From contig JARFYF010000012.1 in NCBI GenBank assembly GCA_030265395.1, positions 18,306,620 to 18,370,619 on the forward strand: DNA of 64,000 bases. The letters are read 5' to 3'. The notes below the pieces were generated by a model. It made no database searches. It was not told where the DNA came from and worked only from the letters and a program-made list of their open reading frames with translations. The position numbers and the translations under genes were made by a program. The stretch is from Rhina ancylostomus (Eukaryota). The stretch's first letter is position 1; every line of letters starts with the position of its first letter. Of this stretch, positions 50,362-62,739 are shown one piece after another.

Positions 50362-51700
50362 NTCTCATAATTTTTAAAAAAACCTCTATCAGGTCTCCCC
50401 TCAGCCTCCAGCACGTGAGGGAAAACAACCCAAGTGTGTCCAACTTTATAGTTTGTACCTTCTATTCCAGGCAGCATCTTGGTAAACCTCTTCTGCACCG
50501 TTTCCATGGTCTCTACATCCTTCCTATAAATGGGCAACCAGAACTGCAGATAATACTCCAAGTGCGGTCTGGGTAAAGTTTTATATAGTTGCAGCATGAC
50601 TTCCTTATTCTTATACTCAACATCCCTACCACTGAAGGCAAACAGGCCATATGCCTTCTTTATCACCTTATCCACTTGTGTAGCAACTTGCAGTGAATTA
50701 TGGAATTGGACTCCAAGATCCCTCTGTACTTCAATGCTATTAAGGGGCCTACCATTGACTGTATACTTTCTCCTTTCATTTGACCTCCCAAAGCGCAACT
50801 CCTCTCACTTGCCCAGATTAAATGTCATCTGCTACTTCTCTGCCCATATCTGTAACTGATCTGTATTCCCACTGTATTCTTTGATACTCCTTTACACTGT
50901 ACAAAACTCCACCTATCTTGGTGTCATCCACAAACTTGCTAATCCACCCATCTGCATTTTCATTCAAATCATTAATCTATATCACAAACAGAGGTCCCAG
51001 CACCGATCCTTGAGGAACACCATTGGTCATGGACCTCCAGCGAGAATAACAGCCTTCCGCCCCTACCCTCTGTCGTCTATGGACAAGCCAGTTCTGAATC
51101 CAAAGTTGCAATTCACCCTGGATCCCGTGCATCTTTATCTTCTGAATCAACCTACCATGAGGCACCTATCAAATGCCTTCCTAAAGTCCATGTAGTTAAC
51201 GTACACTGCCTTACCTCATCAAGCGCCTTTGTCACCTCCTCAAAAAAAATTCAATCAAGGTTTGGAAGGCATGACCTGCCCTGCACAAAGCTATGCTGAC
51301 TGTCTCTAAACAGACTATGACTTTCCAAATGTGCATAAATTCTATCCCTAAATATACTCTCTAAAAGATTCCCTACCACTGACGTGAGGCTCATTGGCCT
51401 ATAATTACCTGGATTATCCCTATTTCCTTTGAACAACGGCACAACATTTGCTGCTCTCCAGTCCTCCAGGAGACTGTTGTGCCTATTGCTAGTGAGGACA
51501 GAAAGATCTTTGTCAAAAACCCAGAAATCTCCTCACTTGCTTCTTTCAATATTCTGGGATGTATGCTATCAGGTCCTAGGGACTTATTCACCTTAATGAT
51601 TTTCAGAAGACCCAGCACATTAGCGTGCCCCATTCTGCTTCCACTATCCTTCAAATCCTTCTCCTCGGTAAATACCGACACAAAGTACTTACTTAGCACC
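50362..51700 (-). mobile_element. CR1 LINE RT fragment (best preserved; stops and frameshifts present)
   Basis: GNYRPMSLTSVVG, SQHSFVQGRSCL, GVPQGSVLGPLF, RDLGVQ, RPHLEY and LRGDLIEV in the ORF track. Confidence 0.92.
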
Positions 51701-52249
51701 AGAAAAGGTTATTAAAAGTTCCAGAAATTGAAACTATGATCATCCATAATTTTGCTTTCTTAAGTATTTCTAAGCATTTTTTTACAAGGTAATAGCTTGT
51801 ATGCAAGTGAATGGCATAAAAAGAATTGTTCCGTGCTTGTGGGTGTCTGCAAAGGCAATCTACCTAGTTAAGATGGCGAGCCTGCTTTTTCATATTGGAT
51901 TAGATGTATAATATCTAATAAAGTGAATAACTCAGTTTAACCACATTTTTAATCGATTAGTCATCAGAAATACAATATTTCACAACGAAGGGCAACCTGA
52001 CAAACTTTAGAAATGTTGGAAAATATCAACCTGAACACGTCGCGGGGAAGCCAATCTCAAAACCTTGCCTATTTGTCATTAATTACGTCAGACGTTAGTA
52101 TATGAACTTGTGTTCAGTTTACTCTCTCTGCTATTTTAATCCATTTTAAAATATATGGGGTTGGTACTTCCATGTCATGCTGATGAAAGACATTCAAGTG
52201 AGAGCATTTGTGTGCTAATATTTGAGGGGTGAAATCTCAAAAACAGAGG

Positions 52250-53330
52250 TATTCAATATTGGTATTGGTTTATTATTGTCACTTGTACCAAGGTACAGTG
52301 AAAAAACTTGACTTGCACACCGATGGTACAGGTNNNNNNNNNNNNNNNNNNNNNNNNNNNNNNNNNNNNNNNNNNNNNNNNNNNNNNNNNNNNNNNNNNN
52401 NNNNNNNNNNNNNNNNNNNNNNNNNNNNNNNNNNNNNNNNNNNNNNNNNNNNNNNNNNNNNNNNNNNNNNNNNNNNNNNNNNNNNNNNNNNNNNNNNNNN
52501 NNNNNNNNNNNNNNNNNNNNNNNNNNNNNNNNNNNNNNNNNNNNNNNNNNNNNNNNNNNNNNNNNNNNNNNNNNNNNNNNNNNNNNNNNNNNNNNNNNNN
52601 NNNNNNNNNNNNNNNNNNNNNNNNNNNNNNNNNNNNNNNNNNNNNNNNNNNNNNNNNNNNNNNNNNNNNNNNNNNNNNNNNNNNNNNNNNNNNNNNNNNN
52701 NNNNNNNNNNNNNNNNNNNNNNNNNNNNNNNNNNNNNNNNNNNNNNNNNNNNNNNNNNNNNNNNNNNNNNNNNNNNNNNNNNNNNNNNNNNNNNNNNNNN
52801 NNNNNNNNNNNNNNNNNNNNNNNNNNNNNNNNNNNNNNNNNNNNNNNNNNNNNNNNNNNNNNNNNNNNNNNNNNNNNNNNNNNNNNNNNNNNNNNNNNNN
52901 NNNNNNNNNNNNNNNNNNNNNNNNNNNNNNNNNNNNNNNNNNNNNNNNNNNNNNNNNNNNNNNNNNNNNNNNNNNNNNNNNNNNNNNNNNNNNNNNNNNN
53001 NNNNNNNNNNNNNNNNNNNNNNNNNNNNNNNNNNNNNNNNNNNNNNNNNNNNNNNNNNNNNNNNNNNNNNNNNNNNNNNNNNNNNNNNNNNNNNNNNNNN
53101 NNNNNNNNNNNNNNNNNNNNNNNNNNNNNNNNNNNNNNNNNNNNNNNNNNNNNNNNNNNNNNNNNNNNNNNNNNNNNNNNNNNNNNNNNNNNNNNNNNNN
53201 NNNNNNNNNNNNNNNNNNNNNNNNNNNNNNNNNNNNNNNNTGTGGGGCACCAGTGTTGAGAATAATCGTGCCGGAGGTATTGCTGCCTATCCTCACTGAT
53301 TGCGGTCTGTTTGTTAGTAAGTCAAGGACA
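52250..53330 (-). mobile_element. Rex1/Babar-type LINE spanning an N gap
   Basis: LDLLTNRPQSVRIGSNTSGTIILNTGAP at the right edge; tail taataaaccaataccaata at the left edge. Confidence 0.75.
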
Positions 53331-53444
53331 ATAAACACTTTATGGAATTTATAGCAGCTTTTTGCAAATTCCCAATACTGATGTATATGCAACAAATAAA
53401 TAAGCCTTCCTTCTGAGTAAGAATAATTTTAATTTAATTCTTAT

Positions 53445-53660
53445 CTGCCAGTTGCACAGAAGGTGGTGGGTATATTGAGCAAGCTTCTGGGGAAGTGGTA
53501 GAGGCAGGTACGATTACAACATTTAAAAGAGATTTAGACAGGTACATGGATAGGAAAGGTTTAGAGGGCCCAATGCAGGCAAAAAGGGCTACCTCACACC
53601 TTGTTCGGCATGGACAAATTGGGCCAAAGGTCTTATTTCATGCTGTACAACTCTATGGCT
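53445..53660 (+). mobile_element. CR1 3' fragment
   Basis: VVEAGTITTFKRDLDRYM motif and gggccaaagg...gctgtacaactctatg tail. Confidence 0.75.
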
Positions 53661-53820
53661 CAGAGGTTATTTATCCAGATAAATGTTGGTGCTTTAAAGG
53701 ATAAAAACATTCACACAAATCCCTGTTTCTTCACTGAATGTGCTGTCACATCTTTTAATGTTGTTCTGATGTATTCTTCGATGGAAAATATTTATTGCCT
53801 TTTTAATTTATCTAACGAAG

Positions 53821-53966
53821 GTGCGTCTAAACACAGAGGAGTGTGCAGAAGTGCTGAAACGGTGGGTAGATCATCTTTGTTCTCCACAAGTGAACCAAAA
53901 GTCCAAAGCCATCCTAGTCCTCCTCTCACTGGGCTGTTTTAGCAAAGTTGCTGAAATGCTTCATAG
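53821..53966 (+). CDS. WDR11: WDR11 exon 27 (VRLNTEECAEVLKRWVDHLCSPQVNQKSKAILVLLSLGCFSKVAEMLH)
   Basis: acgaag| acceptor, AG|gtaagt donor, 146 nt. Confidence 0.94.
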
Positions 53967-55171
53967 GTAAGTAATGTGGCTTCCACTAAGGCAGTGTATC
54001 CAACTATATTTATCTGGATTGCTGGATGATATGATTTTTGCTCCTGGACAGGATGGGTTAATAATAACAGAACTGAAGACAAAAAGTAATAAGTTCACAC
54101 TGAAATTTAGTCACTGGAAGGTACTTTAGACATATTTGCTTTTTTTTTCAAATTGTAATGAGATATATTCTTGGATAGGAAGAGATTTGATGGAGGTGTT
54201 CAGAGTCTTGAAGTGTTTTGAAAGAGTAAATAAGGAAAAAAACTATTTCTAGTGATTTTTTTTAAAGCAGCAAATGGAGATTTGAAATAAAAGACTAAAG
54301 GCATCTAGCAGAAACATTTTTATTGCAATGAACTGTTTGAGTTGCAATGCACTGTCTGAAAGGGTGATGGAAGAAGACTGAGATGACTGTCAATAGGAGT
54401 TAGATAAATACTCAAAGGAAAGATTTTCTGGGACCTGGGAAAAAGGACAAGATGTAGTACTGGTTGGAAAACCTTTTTTTTAAAGAGACCTGCTACTGAT
54501 GGACTGAATGTGCTCTTTACATTCTGTTGTTAAATGCAATGTAACTTAATTATTAAATGTACCAAACAGTAGTAACTAATCAGTAAGTTAATTAAGTGTA
54601 AGTAACTTATTAAATGGTTCTATGGTCTGGGGAGCAACTTTCAGAATGCTAAATTTCTAGTTGAAATATTATTACTGAGCCTGGTGACTCTATTCCAAAA
54701 ATAATAAGTCAAAGCTGATGGTGCTTACAGTAACGATCAGTATTCTTTTGCAAGTGATTTTTGTGGAAGGTGCTCCTAAGGCACCAGGAACGTCCCAGCT
54801 GTTCTTGCACTTGACCAGCAAGGACTGAGCTTTAGATGGAAAGCAATGGCAGGTAGGCTTCTGGTGAAACAGCTGGAACCAAACTGATGTGTAAATGAGC
54901 AGATATTGTAAAAACTAGAGCTGGGGAAAGAGAACTTGTGCATGAGCGCAAAGTAATTGGGAACAGATTCTCCAAAATGATTATAAAAGCAGCCTGAAGC
55001 TGTTGAAAGGGAAGGAGTTCTTCAAACTAAGATGCAACAGCTAGATGTTTAGAATTGCTGGCTAATTACAATTTTCTAAGCTCCTCAGGATTTTGCACAC
55101 TATTATGACATTCATTTGTTATTTCTTATTCATTAATATGGTCTAAAGTATGTTTTATGTTTAAATTTCAG

Positions 55172-55251
55172 CATGAGGTATTTTGACAGAGCTGCATTAT
55201 TCTTGGAGGCTTGTCTCAAATATGGAGTTGTTGAAAGCAATGAAAATACGG
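55172..55251 (+). CDS. WDR11: WDR11 exon 28 (MRYFDRAALFLEACLKYGVVESNENT)
   Basis: tttcag| acceptor; ends at the U12 donor G|ATATCCTTT, 80 nt. Confidence 0.94.
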
Positions 55252-58200
55252 ATATCCTTTTTATTTAATAAAATTATGAATATCTAAGTAATAGTTTTAT
55301 GTTTGATTGCAGGAGTAAGTCCTCCCATTCTTCATTGTTTATTGCAAAATCAGAAGCTGAGGAAGGCTTTTTATTTTCATTCAGTTATCCACCAAGAGAG
55401 AATGTCCATCTGTGAAGCACAGTGTTCAGTTGTTCCTTAAAGTAGTTCAAGGATTTTGGCCACAATGTCCTCAAAATTTTTTCCACGTGTTCATTACTTT
55501 TCTGTACAAACTAACTTTGTGACATGAATTTATCATCAGTTTCAACTTTCATTTCCTTGCTTTAAAATTTAAAAACAAAGGCCCAGACCTCCCACATAAA
55601 TGTTGGCAGTTCCACTCGGAGCTGCCAGTTACTACCAATGTGACTGACCAGTAGGTCAGACTCCAGAGCAAAGGTGGAAGCCCTGTGCTTCAGCATAGTT
55701 AACCTTCATTCTTGGGACATCTGCGCTTGAAGTCTTAGAATTCAACAGGAGTGCATAACTTTACATGAATTTCCCAGCAACCAGGTGTAGTGGGCAGAAC
55801 TTCCAAACTGTTCTAGGTGATGATTGGTGAATGTCAGGATGGCCGATTAATTTTATTTGGATGAAATGGCTGCAGACAGAAGCATATAAGTTAATTTAAT
55901 TGTGCTTTTAGTTTATATACTTGTATGTTATCGTACATTTGTGAATATCAGAGCCATTCGAGGACATTCAATCTGCCTGACAACTTTGACAGCAGTAAGC
56001 TTGGTGGAAGGGTTTAAGTCTTCCAAAGCTGTTCAGAATACAGAGCTTCTCAATAAGACCGATTAGATGGCTATCTTGGAAAGGTAAGAGAGTGCTTTCA
56101 GGTTGAGCTACCAGTGTGTTGGAGTGAGATGACCAAGCTCAATATATTTAAGGCGGCAATAGATTTCTAGATACAGAAAGCATCAAGGATGTAGGACTGG
56201 AGACTGCCCCACCCCTCTAAGTTTGTATATGGGGTAGTAATGTGATCATCTAAGATGTCTGACAGATCTTTAGGTCAATGACAACAAACCAGGTTTCTTT
56301 ATTCTGTAGAGAAAGGACTATCTGAGGTTGAGAGATTATAACAACCTTAATGCAACAAATAATACCAGGATACTAAATATTACTAAATATACTAAATATT
56401 TACCCCTTCTTGCTATGAGATATTCCCTGTGTTATACTTGTGACCTTTCAAGTAGTCAATTTTCCAATGATCCCATGAGAAATTACTTTCCATAAATGAC
56501 CAGTTTATTTTTGACATAGCTGTTCACCTGCTGACTTCTTTTGGGGAGAGAAAAGTTCCCATTTCCTGACTGCAGCGTGTGTCCCATGGTCATTTGGGGA
56601 GTTACTAATTCTCTACTGAATACAGACCGTGTCTTGCTTTCAGACCCTGTTTTGGCTATTGGAGCTTGAGCTGAGTGGTCCCACTTTCAAGGTAAAATCC
56701 CACTGTGCAGCCAACAGAAACTGCAGAGCTTTCTTAGAATCCTGCTGGCAAACAACACTTCAGTTCTCTTCCCCTTTTCTGTCCTTTATCAGTGTCAGTT
56801 GATTGATTCAATTTTAAGTAATATAATGGGAGCTTGTTTTAAGTGAGGAAATAGAACTTCCCTGCATCTGCTTTCTCCTTTGAACTAAACCAAGCCCATA
56901 CCATATGCAGATTGACAACTTCTAATGTCTGTATTTCAAAAAAGCCTTTGGACGAAATTAAAACATGCAAAATCTCTGTTTCACCACAGTATGGTGAAGG
57001 TTAGCTCTTAGAATATACATGCACCCCTAGTGGCCAGACCTAACAACTCCCCATTGTTACATAACTGCTCTGCTTCTCACAGCCTGCATTTGGGATCTTC
57101 TAAAGTTTTCTTCCCGAAACATCATGGGAATAATAGCAGTTGTTCAGCCAATTCCTGGAATATACCACAGACTGCACTGTACCAGCTCAGTCTTCCAGCC
57201 CCAGTAGCCTAGATTCAGTTAGCCACTCCTTCTGCGGGTATTGCAACAAGGTGTATGTGGAGCAAGCAGGAATATGATATTGAGATAGAAGATCAGCCAT
57301 GATCATTTTGAATAGTAGGGCAGGCTCAAAGCGATGAATGGCTTCTTGCTCCTATTTTTATATGGTCTATACAAAATGTATTCATGAAAAGGTTGACTTT
57401 GCATATATCCAGTACACAAAAGAGTTAGAAATATAGAACATATTTTCTCATTGACATGTGAAATGAGCATAAATTCTGAGCTGTAATATATTTGATTCAG
57501 TTCCACTAGTATACCCAAAGTTTTTGCCAGTTGTTTCGTGCTTATGTGATAAGTAAACTTTAACAGTAAAACTATGTCTCGTGTATTTAGGTTTTAACAT
57601 TTTTAAAATTTATATTAAACTTGTACTGAATTTGATGTCATTTTTTTGTTTACCCCTGTCAAAATTAAAATTTGGTTAATGCCAAGTGTAATGTAACATT
57701 CACATTTAAATTGAGTTTGTACTGATGCAAATTCCTTTCCTACTGTGTACTGCCATTTACCAAGCCAGTCACTCTGATTGCTCTAGAGGTACCATTGTTG
57801 AATTAATACCAGGTCCTCTGCAAGTATGTTGGGCTCACAGCCACTGGAAGTAGAGATTCAATTATCTGGATAATATTGTTTAAGGTGACTTTCATGTCCT
57901 CTATCCGGACTAATCCAAACCCAAATTTCAAACTGATCTGAGTCTTTCCCAGTGTGTTTTTTTTATTTGTATTCCGACAAAAGGAATTTTTAAAAGCTGT
58001 GATTCAGAATGTTTTTATAGATAGTATAAGACATAGAAGTACTTTTATTAAAATATTTTTCCAAAAGGAATGGATATGCAGAGGCTGACAGTGCTGATCA
58101 GTTTGGCCTGATGTAATTTGAGTTCCTGCCCGTGGGCATTCTTTCATTTCAACCTTTTTTTCTCACTGCTGCTGGGATTGTAAGAATCTGTGGAACATAA

Positions 58201-58760
58201 CTGATTTTTGGGTTTACAGTTTTCCTTGACGCTAGAGAGCATATGTTTTAAATCTGCAGATATTTGATTTTAAAGAGTTGGGGATGTTGAATATTTATTC
58301 ATTAATAATAATTGGTTATTATGCTGAAAGGTAATGATGGGGTATGTTAGCAGCATTTTGAGTGTTTAATTTGGCTCATTATGATTGTTCATCTGGATTA
58401 ATACACATGCAGAATATGCCTTTGCTCTAAATCTGTAAACCCAATTAGTTCAAAAATTACCTTGCTGCAGAAGTGAATTTTGATCTGTGTTGACTTTTTC
58501 TTGTGGAAATAATTTTTTTTTCTCTCACAGGAGGACTATTATACCAAAGAGTCCTGTTCCAAATAACAAATAATTGTTATTAGCAGGCTTCAGATTAATC
58601 TGATTTAAGAGCCATATCAATTAAGAAATAAATTAAGGTTGTAATTACTAATAATAAAATTTTGAGGGTCTGTCTGATGATCCACAATAAATGTTTTTGA
58701 ATTTCTTCACAATAGCAATATGGCTCTGCATTGGAAGCATTTTCCTTAATAAAGGTTCAC
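55252..58760 (+). other. U12-type (minor spliceosome) AT-AC intron, last intron of WDR11
   Basis: 5' ss ATATCCTTT (55252-55260), branch site TTTCCTTAAT (58741-58750), terminal AC (58759-58760); the join G|AG gives Glu and restores the WDR11 frame. Confidence 0.93.
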
Positions 58761-58918
58761 AGAAATTTTACAATGCAGTTTATGCAGATTATGCAAGATA
58801 TTTAAAGATGTTAAATCTAAAGGAAGGGGCAATGCTCTTTGCCACGAAAGCAGGAGATGCAGGAGCTGAACTACTGAAGGAGCTGCATCAAAGCAAAGAG
58901 GAAAAATCTACTTCATGA
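58761..58918 (+). CDS. WDR11: WDR11 exon 29 coding part (EKFYNAVYADYARYLKMLNLKEGAMLFATKAGDAGAELLKELHQSKEEKSTS*)
   Basis: Follows the AC acceptor; matches the WDR11 C-terminus; TGA at 58916-58918. Confidence 0.94.
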
Positions 58919-59030
58919 CTTGAAGATGTTAACCTTTGGAAATACAGTGGCCATCTTTAGCTTCAAAGGTTACCTTAACCAGTTGATGACTAGAATATAG
59001 TGTCATGTTCCTGTTTCTAATTTTGACCTG

Positions 59031-59060
59031 AATAAAATACATTCCAGTTGTTGTTGCAGT
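59031..59060 (+). terminator. Candidate WDR11 polyadenylation signal
   Basis: AATAAA at 59031-59036, about 110 nt after the stop, followed by a GT-rich tract (gttgttgttg). Confidence 0.6.
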
Positions 59061-61109
59061 GAAAATCAGCAAAAATAACATATAGGAGATTCTTCATGCA
59101 ATGCTGTCTAGCATATCTAGATTTTTGATACAGTGAAAATGTTTATGGCTAAATTCTTTCTCTATAATATTTTTTATAAGTTCCTGTAGAGGATCTCACA
59201 GGTAATGTTCTCTGTGCAGTTATCACTCTTGACAACTGTAGACTTTCTGTAGTTAGGCAGAAGACTGTGGACGTCTTGTGCAGTGTGATCAGAAAAAGTT
59301 TTATGGGTGTCATTGCATTTCAAGCTTCCTTATTGTTTAGCTATACACAAATAACTGTATTGTTGCTTGAAGAACTGGATTTATTGAAATGTGAAATGTG
59401 GATAAATGATTTATAAAATGAAGTATCTGATACCGTAGCTGGACCTTGTTCTTAACTCAGTGTTTAATTTGCTATATATTGCTAATTCCAAGAGAGGTGA
59501 AACAAAGTTGTGGCGTGGAAGTTGCACATTTGGTCCAGATGGGTATATAACCAGGAACCAACGGGAACATAAAAATTAGGTAAGGAGGAGATATGGTGAA
59601 CACAGGCAAAGTGGTCAGAAAAGACCACCGTAACACATGGTGAAAGAGATGATTTGACTTCCTCTCAAACAAAGAGTTTCTCTAGTTTGAAGAGAAGCTA
59701 GGGAAAGAAGGAGGAGGAGGAAAAAGGTGCAAAATACAAAGGACTTAAAAGAATAATAGTCAGTTATTGGAACTGAACATTACAGTCATTACATTATTAT
59801 ACTTGCATATTTTTGTGCTAAAGTGCTGGTAAATTTCTTTTGTGAGTTTGATTCTTGTGTTGTCCAATTTGTACTTGTGCATGATTAGTATTATTACAAA
59901 CATTCGTGATCCAAAATGGATTTAATATTCTTTCTTCGCTGCTACAGTAGCTTATTTCTATAAATAGGGGAAAAAGAACAAAATAGATGATCCATTTATA
60001 TGGAACTATTTGTTTTTTTTTCCCTTTTTCTGGCACAAAAGTACAATCTCTCTGCAGTTCCATCAAAAGAAGAACTTTTCTGACAAAGTACTGCAACTTT
60101 ACACACCTTTCTATAACTTATTGTTTATATTGGAAAAGTAAGTCAGCGCTACAGACAAATGCACTCAGTCGTCACATGCAGTACCTTAGGTGCTTCCCTT
60201 ATCGTTCATGGTCTTGTTGGATACAGCTAGGATGAAATGGTTGTCTTTTATTTTGGCAGGGATAATTTGATAAAGCTACATTAATCAGTCAGATAGGTAC
60301 AAGTAGAACAAGGTAGCCAAATTTTACGTACATCATGCAGACAGGAGTTATAAACCGGTTGGGTGTGCAATTTTTAGATGCTGTACATCACTAAAGAAAT
60401 TGTATTTCCATATCTTATGTCTCTGGTAAATCCCAGCATACTCTGTTATATTGTATCTATAAAGTACTAATATAAAACACCAGTATCTTCACAGAGCAAC
60501 TAGAAATATGTCCTTGTGAATATTATGATAGTTTATAATACCTCTTAAAATTTACCTTTTGTTCCCTCAGAGTTCTGTTGTTGTCTGTGTGTGGCCTGAG
60601 GGCATGCTTCTCAAATGAACGATTGTGAAGGTATTTCACATTTGTTTAAAGAGATTATGTATCTAGTGTGACCTTCCTCATGGTGCACATCACTGCACAA
60701 TTGTGCCACCTAAAACTGTAATCCTCATGTCTGCCCCACTCCCACCAAAGGTCACCTAACATCTTCATCCAGGTTGTCTTTGTATAACAATTTGAAAAAG
60801 CAGAATTTCTTTCTTTCTTTGATGATCAAAAATTATCCAGTTAAGCCATCTCCAAACTTCTTTTAATATGATTTTTCTACTTTTTTGTCCTGGGGACTAT
60901 ACGAATGAATGTTAAGTAATATCTGCAACATTTCCATAGATGTGACATACTGGGAGAGTTGGTAACCCTGTACATGGCTTTAGAGGTTGAGCCAGCATCT
61001 AGATGCCTTTCCAAAGGTGGAGGTGAACTTTTGCAATCTCTGACGTATAGGTTTTCCACAATGCCATGTTTCATGTATAAGCCATAATTTTAACTGATGC
61101 ACAACAGAC

Positions 61110-62500
61110 CCTCTCAGTGTTGCCCCAACATTCTTCTCAGTGTTGCCCCAACATTCTTCTCAGTGTTGCCCCAACACTCTTCTCAATTGTTTTCAGTGCT
61201 GCGTTTCACCTCCAACAAGCTTCCCATTGGACTGGAGCTAGTCTACAAAACAAATGGGAAACTATATTGCCTTCACTCCACTCTAGAACCAATGTCACAC
61301 CAACCTCAGATGTCACAATAATCATTCATTGAAGCATGCAAGAGAAAGGGCCTTCCACTCAACACCTGCAAAACAAAGATTCTCCTCCAATCTGTCCCCA
61401 CTCTACAACACTGCCCTCCGCCAATTAAGGACCTCCAATGAGGCAATAGTAAAAGTGGGCCACCGTCCACACCTCGGGAGCCAATGAAGGCAAACATCGA
61501 TGATGAAGCACAATATTCTGAGGGTGTACACGGAGAGGATGTTTCCATGTGGGAGAATTTAAAACTAACAGCCACAGTTTAAAAATAAGGGGTCACCCAA
61601 AAGATAGGGGATTTTTTTTCTATCTCGGAGCACTGAGAGTCTTTGGAACTCTGAATATTCTTATGGCAGAGTAGATAAGCAAAGGGTGAAAGGTTACTGC
61701 AGGAAAGTGAAAATGCAGAGTGAGATTGCAATCAGATCAGGCTTGATCAGTGACCTATTCTTGTTGCAAATCATCTTCATATGAAACTCGCCATTGTCTT
61801 CCATGTGCCAGCACAGCCTTTGGCCATCTGAGAGAAAGAAGGAAGTCTTGACCTTCAAGCAAATCTGCCAAATAGCTCATGGTCTGACATGGTAGTAGTG
61901 ATCGCTGCCCTCCTGAACAAAGAGCTATCTACAGCATACCTCAACCCATTGGAGAGGAACCACCAATGCTGTTTCCACATAGTCCTCCAAATCCACCAGC
62001 AGAGTAAGCAAACCAATGTAGTCGTCCTGCACTGAGGCCCTAATTACATACAGCCTGTCCATTGAATCTGGCTGAGCTATTCACTTGCCCAATATCAGAG
62101 TACCAAAACAAACGCCCTGTTCAGAGCTCCACCATGATAAGGCATTACCTTGAGGACAGTGGAAAAGATTCAGGGATGTTCTCTATGCCAGAGGGGTAGG
62201 GGGTAAGGGTGGGTGGGGGGTTAATGCAACAGCCCCATTAACTTGGGAATCCTTGACCAGGATAGCATTGAAAACCTCAAGTTCATTTGTGAGGAGCACA
62301 CAAAAGTTCAGCATAAGTCCCAGAAGGAGTTCACGTCCTGCCAGATTACCTACCTACCTACCAAGCCCATCACCTACCTTATGCGCCACCTGTGGCAGAG
62401 TTGGCAGGTCCCACATTGGTCTGAAGAGCCACCTCAGAACCCATAGAATTGGATTTGAAGCAAGTCATTCCTCAAACCTGAGGAGCTGCCGATGTGCAGG
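61110..62500 (+). mobile_element. Decayed RTE-clade LINE interrupted by a CR1 fragment (about 61535-61770)
   Basis: VAPTLFSIVFSA (RT motif), LELVYKTNGKL, C-terminal zinc-finger-like CATCGRVGRSHIGLKSHLRTH. Confidence 0.7.
61112..61185 (+). repeat. 23-bp tandem repeat, about 3 copies (ctcagtgttgccccaacattctt)
   Basis: cagtgt recurs at 61115, 61138 and 61161. Confidence 0.9.
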
Positions 62501-62739
62501 GATCTAATTTCAAACATTAATGCAAAAGTAAACAACGGCCCCAATGTTACCAGGCTTGGTCTGAAATTTTTACTGTTTGGTTTTTCTCATTAGGCTACTT
62601 CATTTAAAAAAAAGGCCGAGTTAATGGTGCATTTCAGACCTCAGCAGAGGATACCCATCTGTGCTTTCATGTATAAAGGCACAAATTGATCAGGAACCAT
62701 CAGCCTGGTTTTATTTTTTCAGGGGAAGTTGTGTCTGAC

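Noticed and set aside
53795-53820. Exon 27 acceptor (tctaacgaag) as a second U12 intron
   Set aside because: No TCCTTAAC-type branch site, and the matching donor is hidden in the gap, so it cannot be supported.
59800-60450. TE-poor stretch downstream of WDR11 as extended 3' UTR or conserved enhancer
   Set aside because: Only short generic motifs are visible; cannot be supported without alignments or expression data.
61112-61185. CRISPR-like short palindromic repeats
   Set aside because: No spacers, vertebrate context, and the unit lies in LINE RT sequence.
62193-62220. G-quadruplex motif (also a C18 run at 44192-44209)
   Set aside because: Isolated low-complexity tracts in TE or intron sequence with no supporting functional context.
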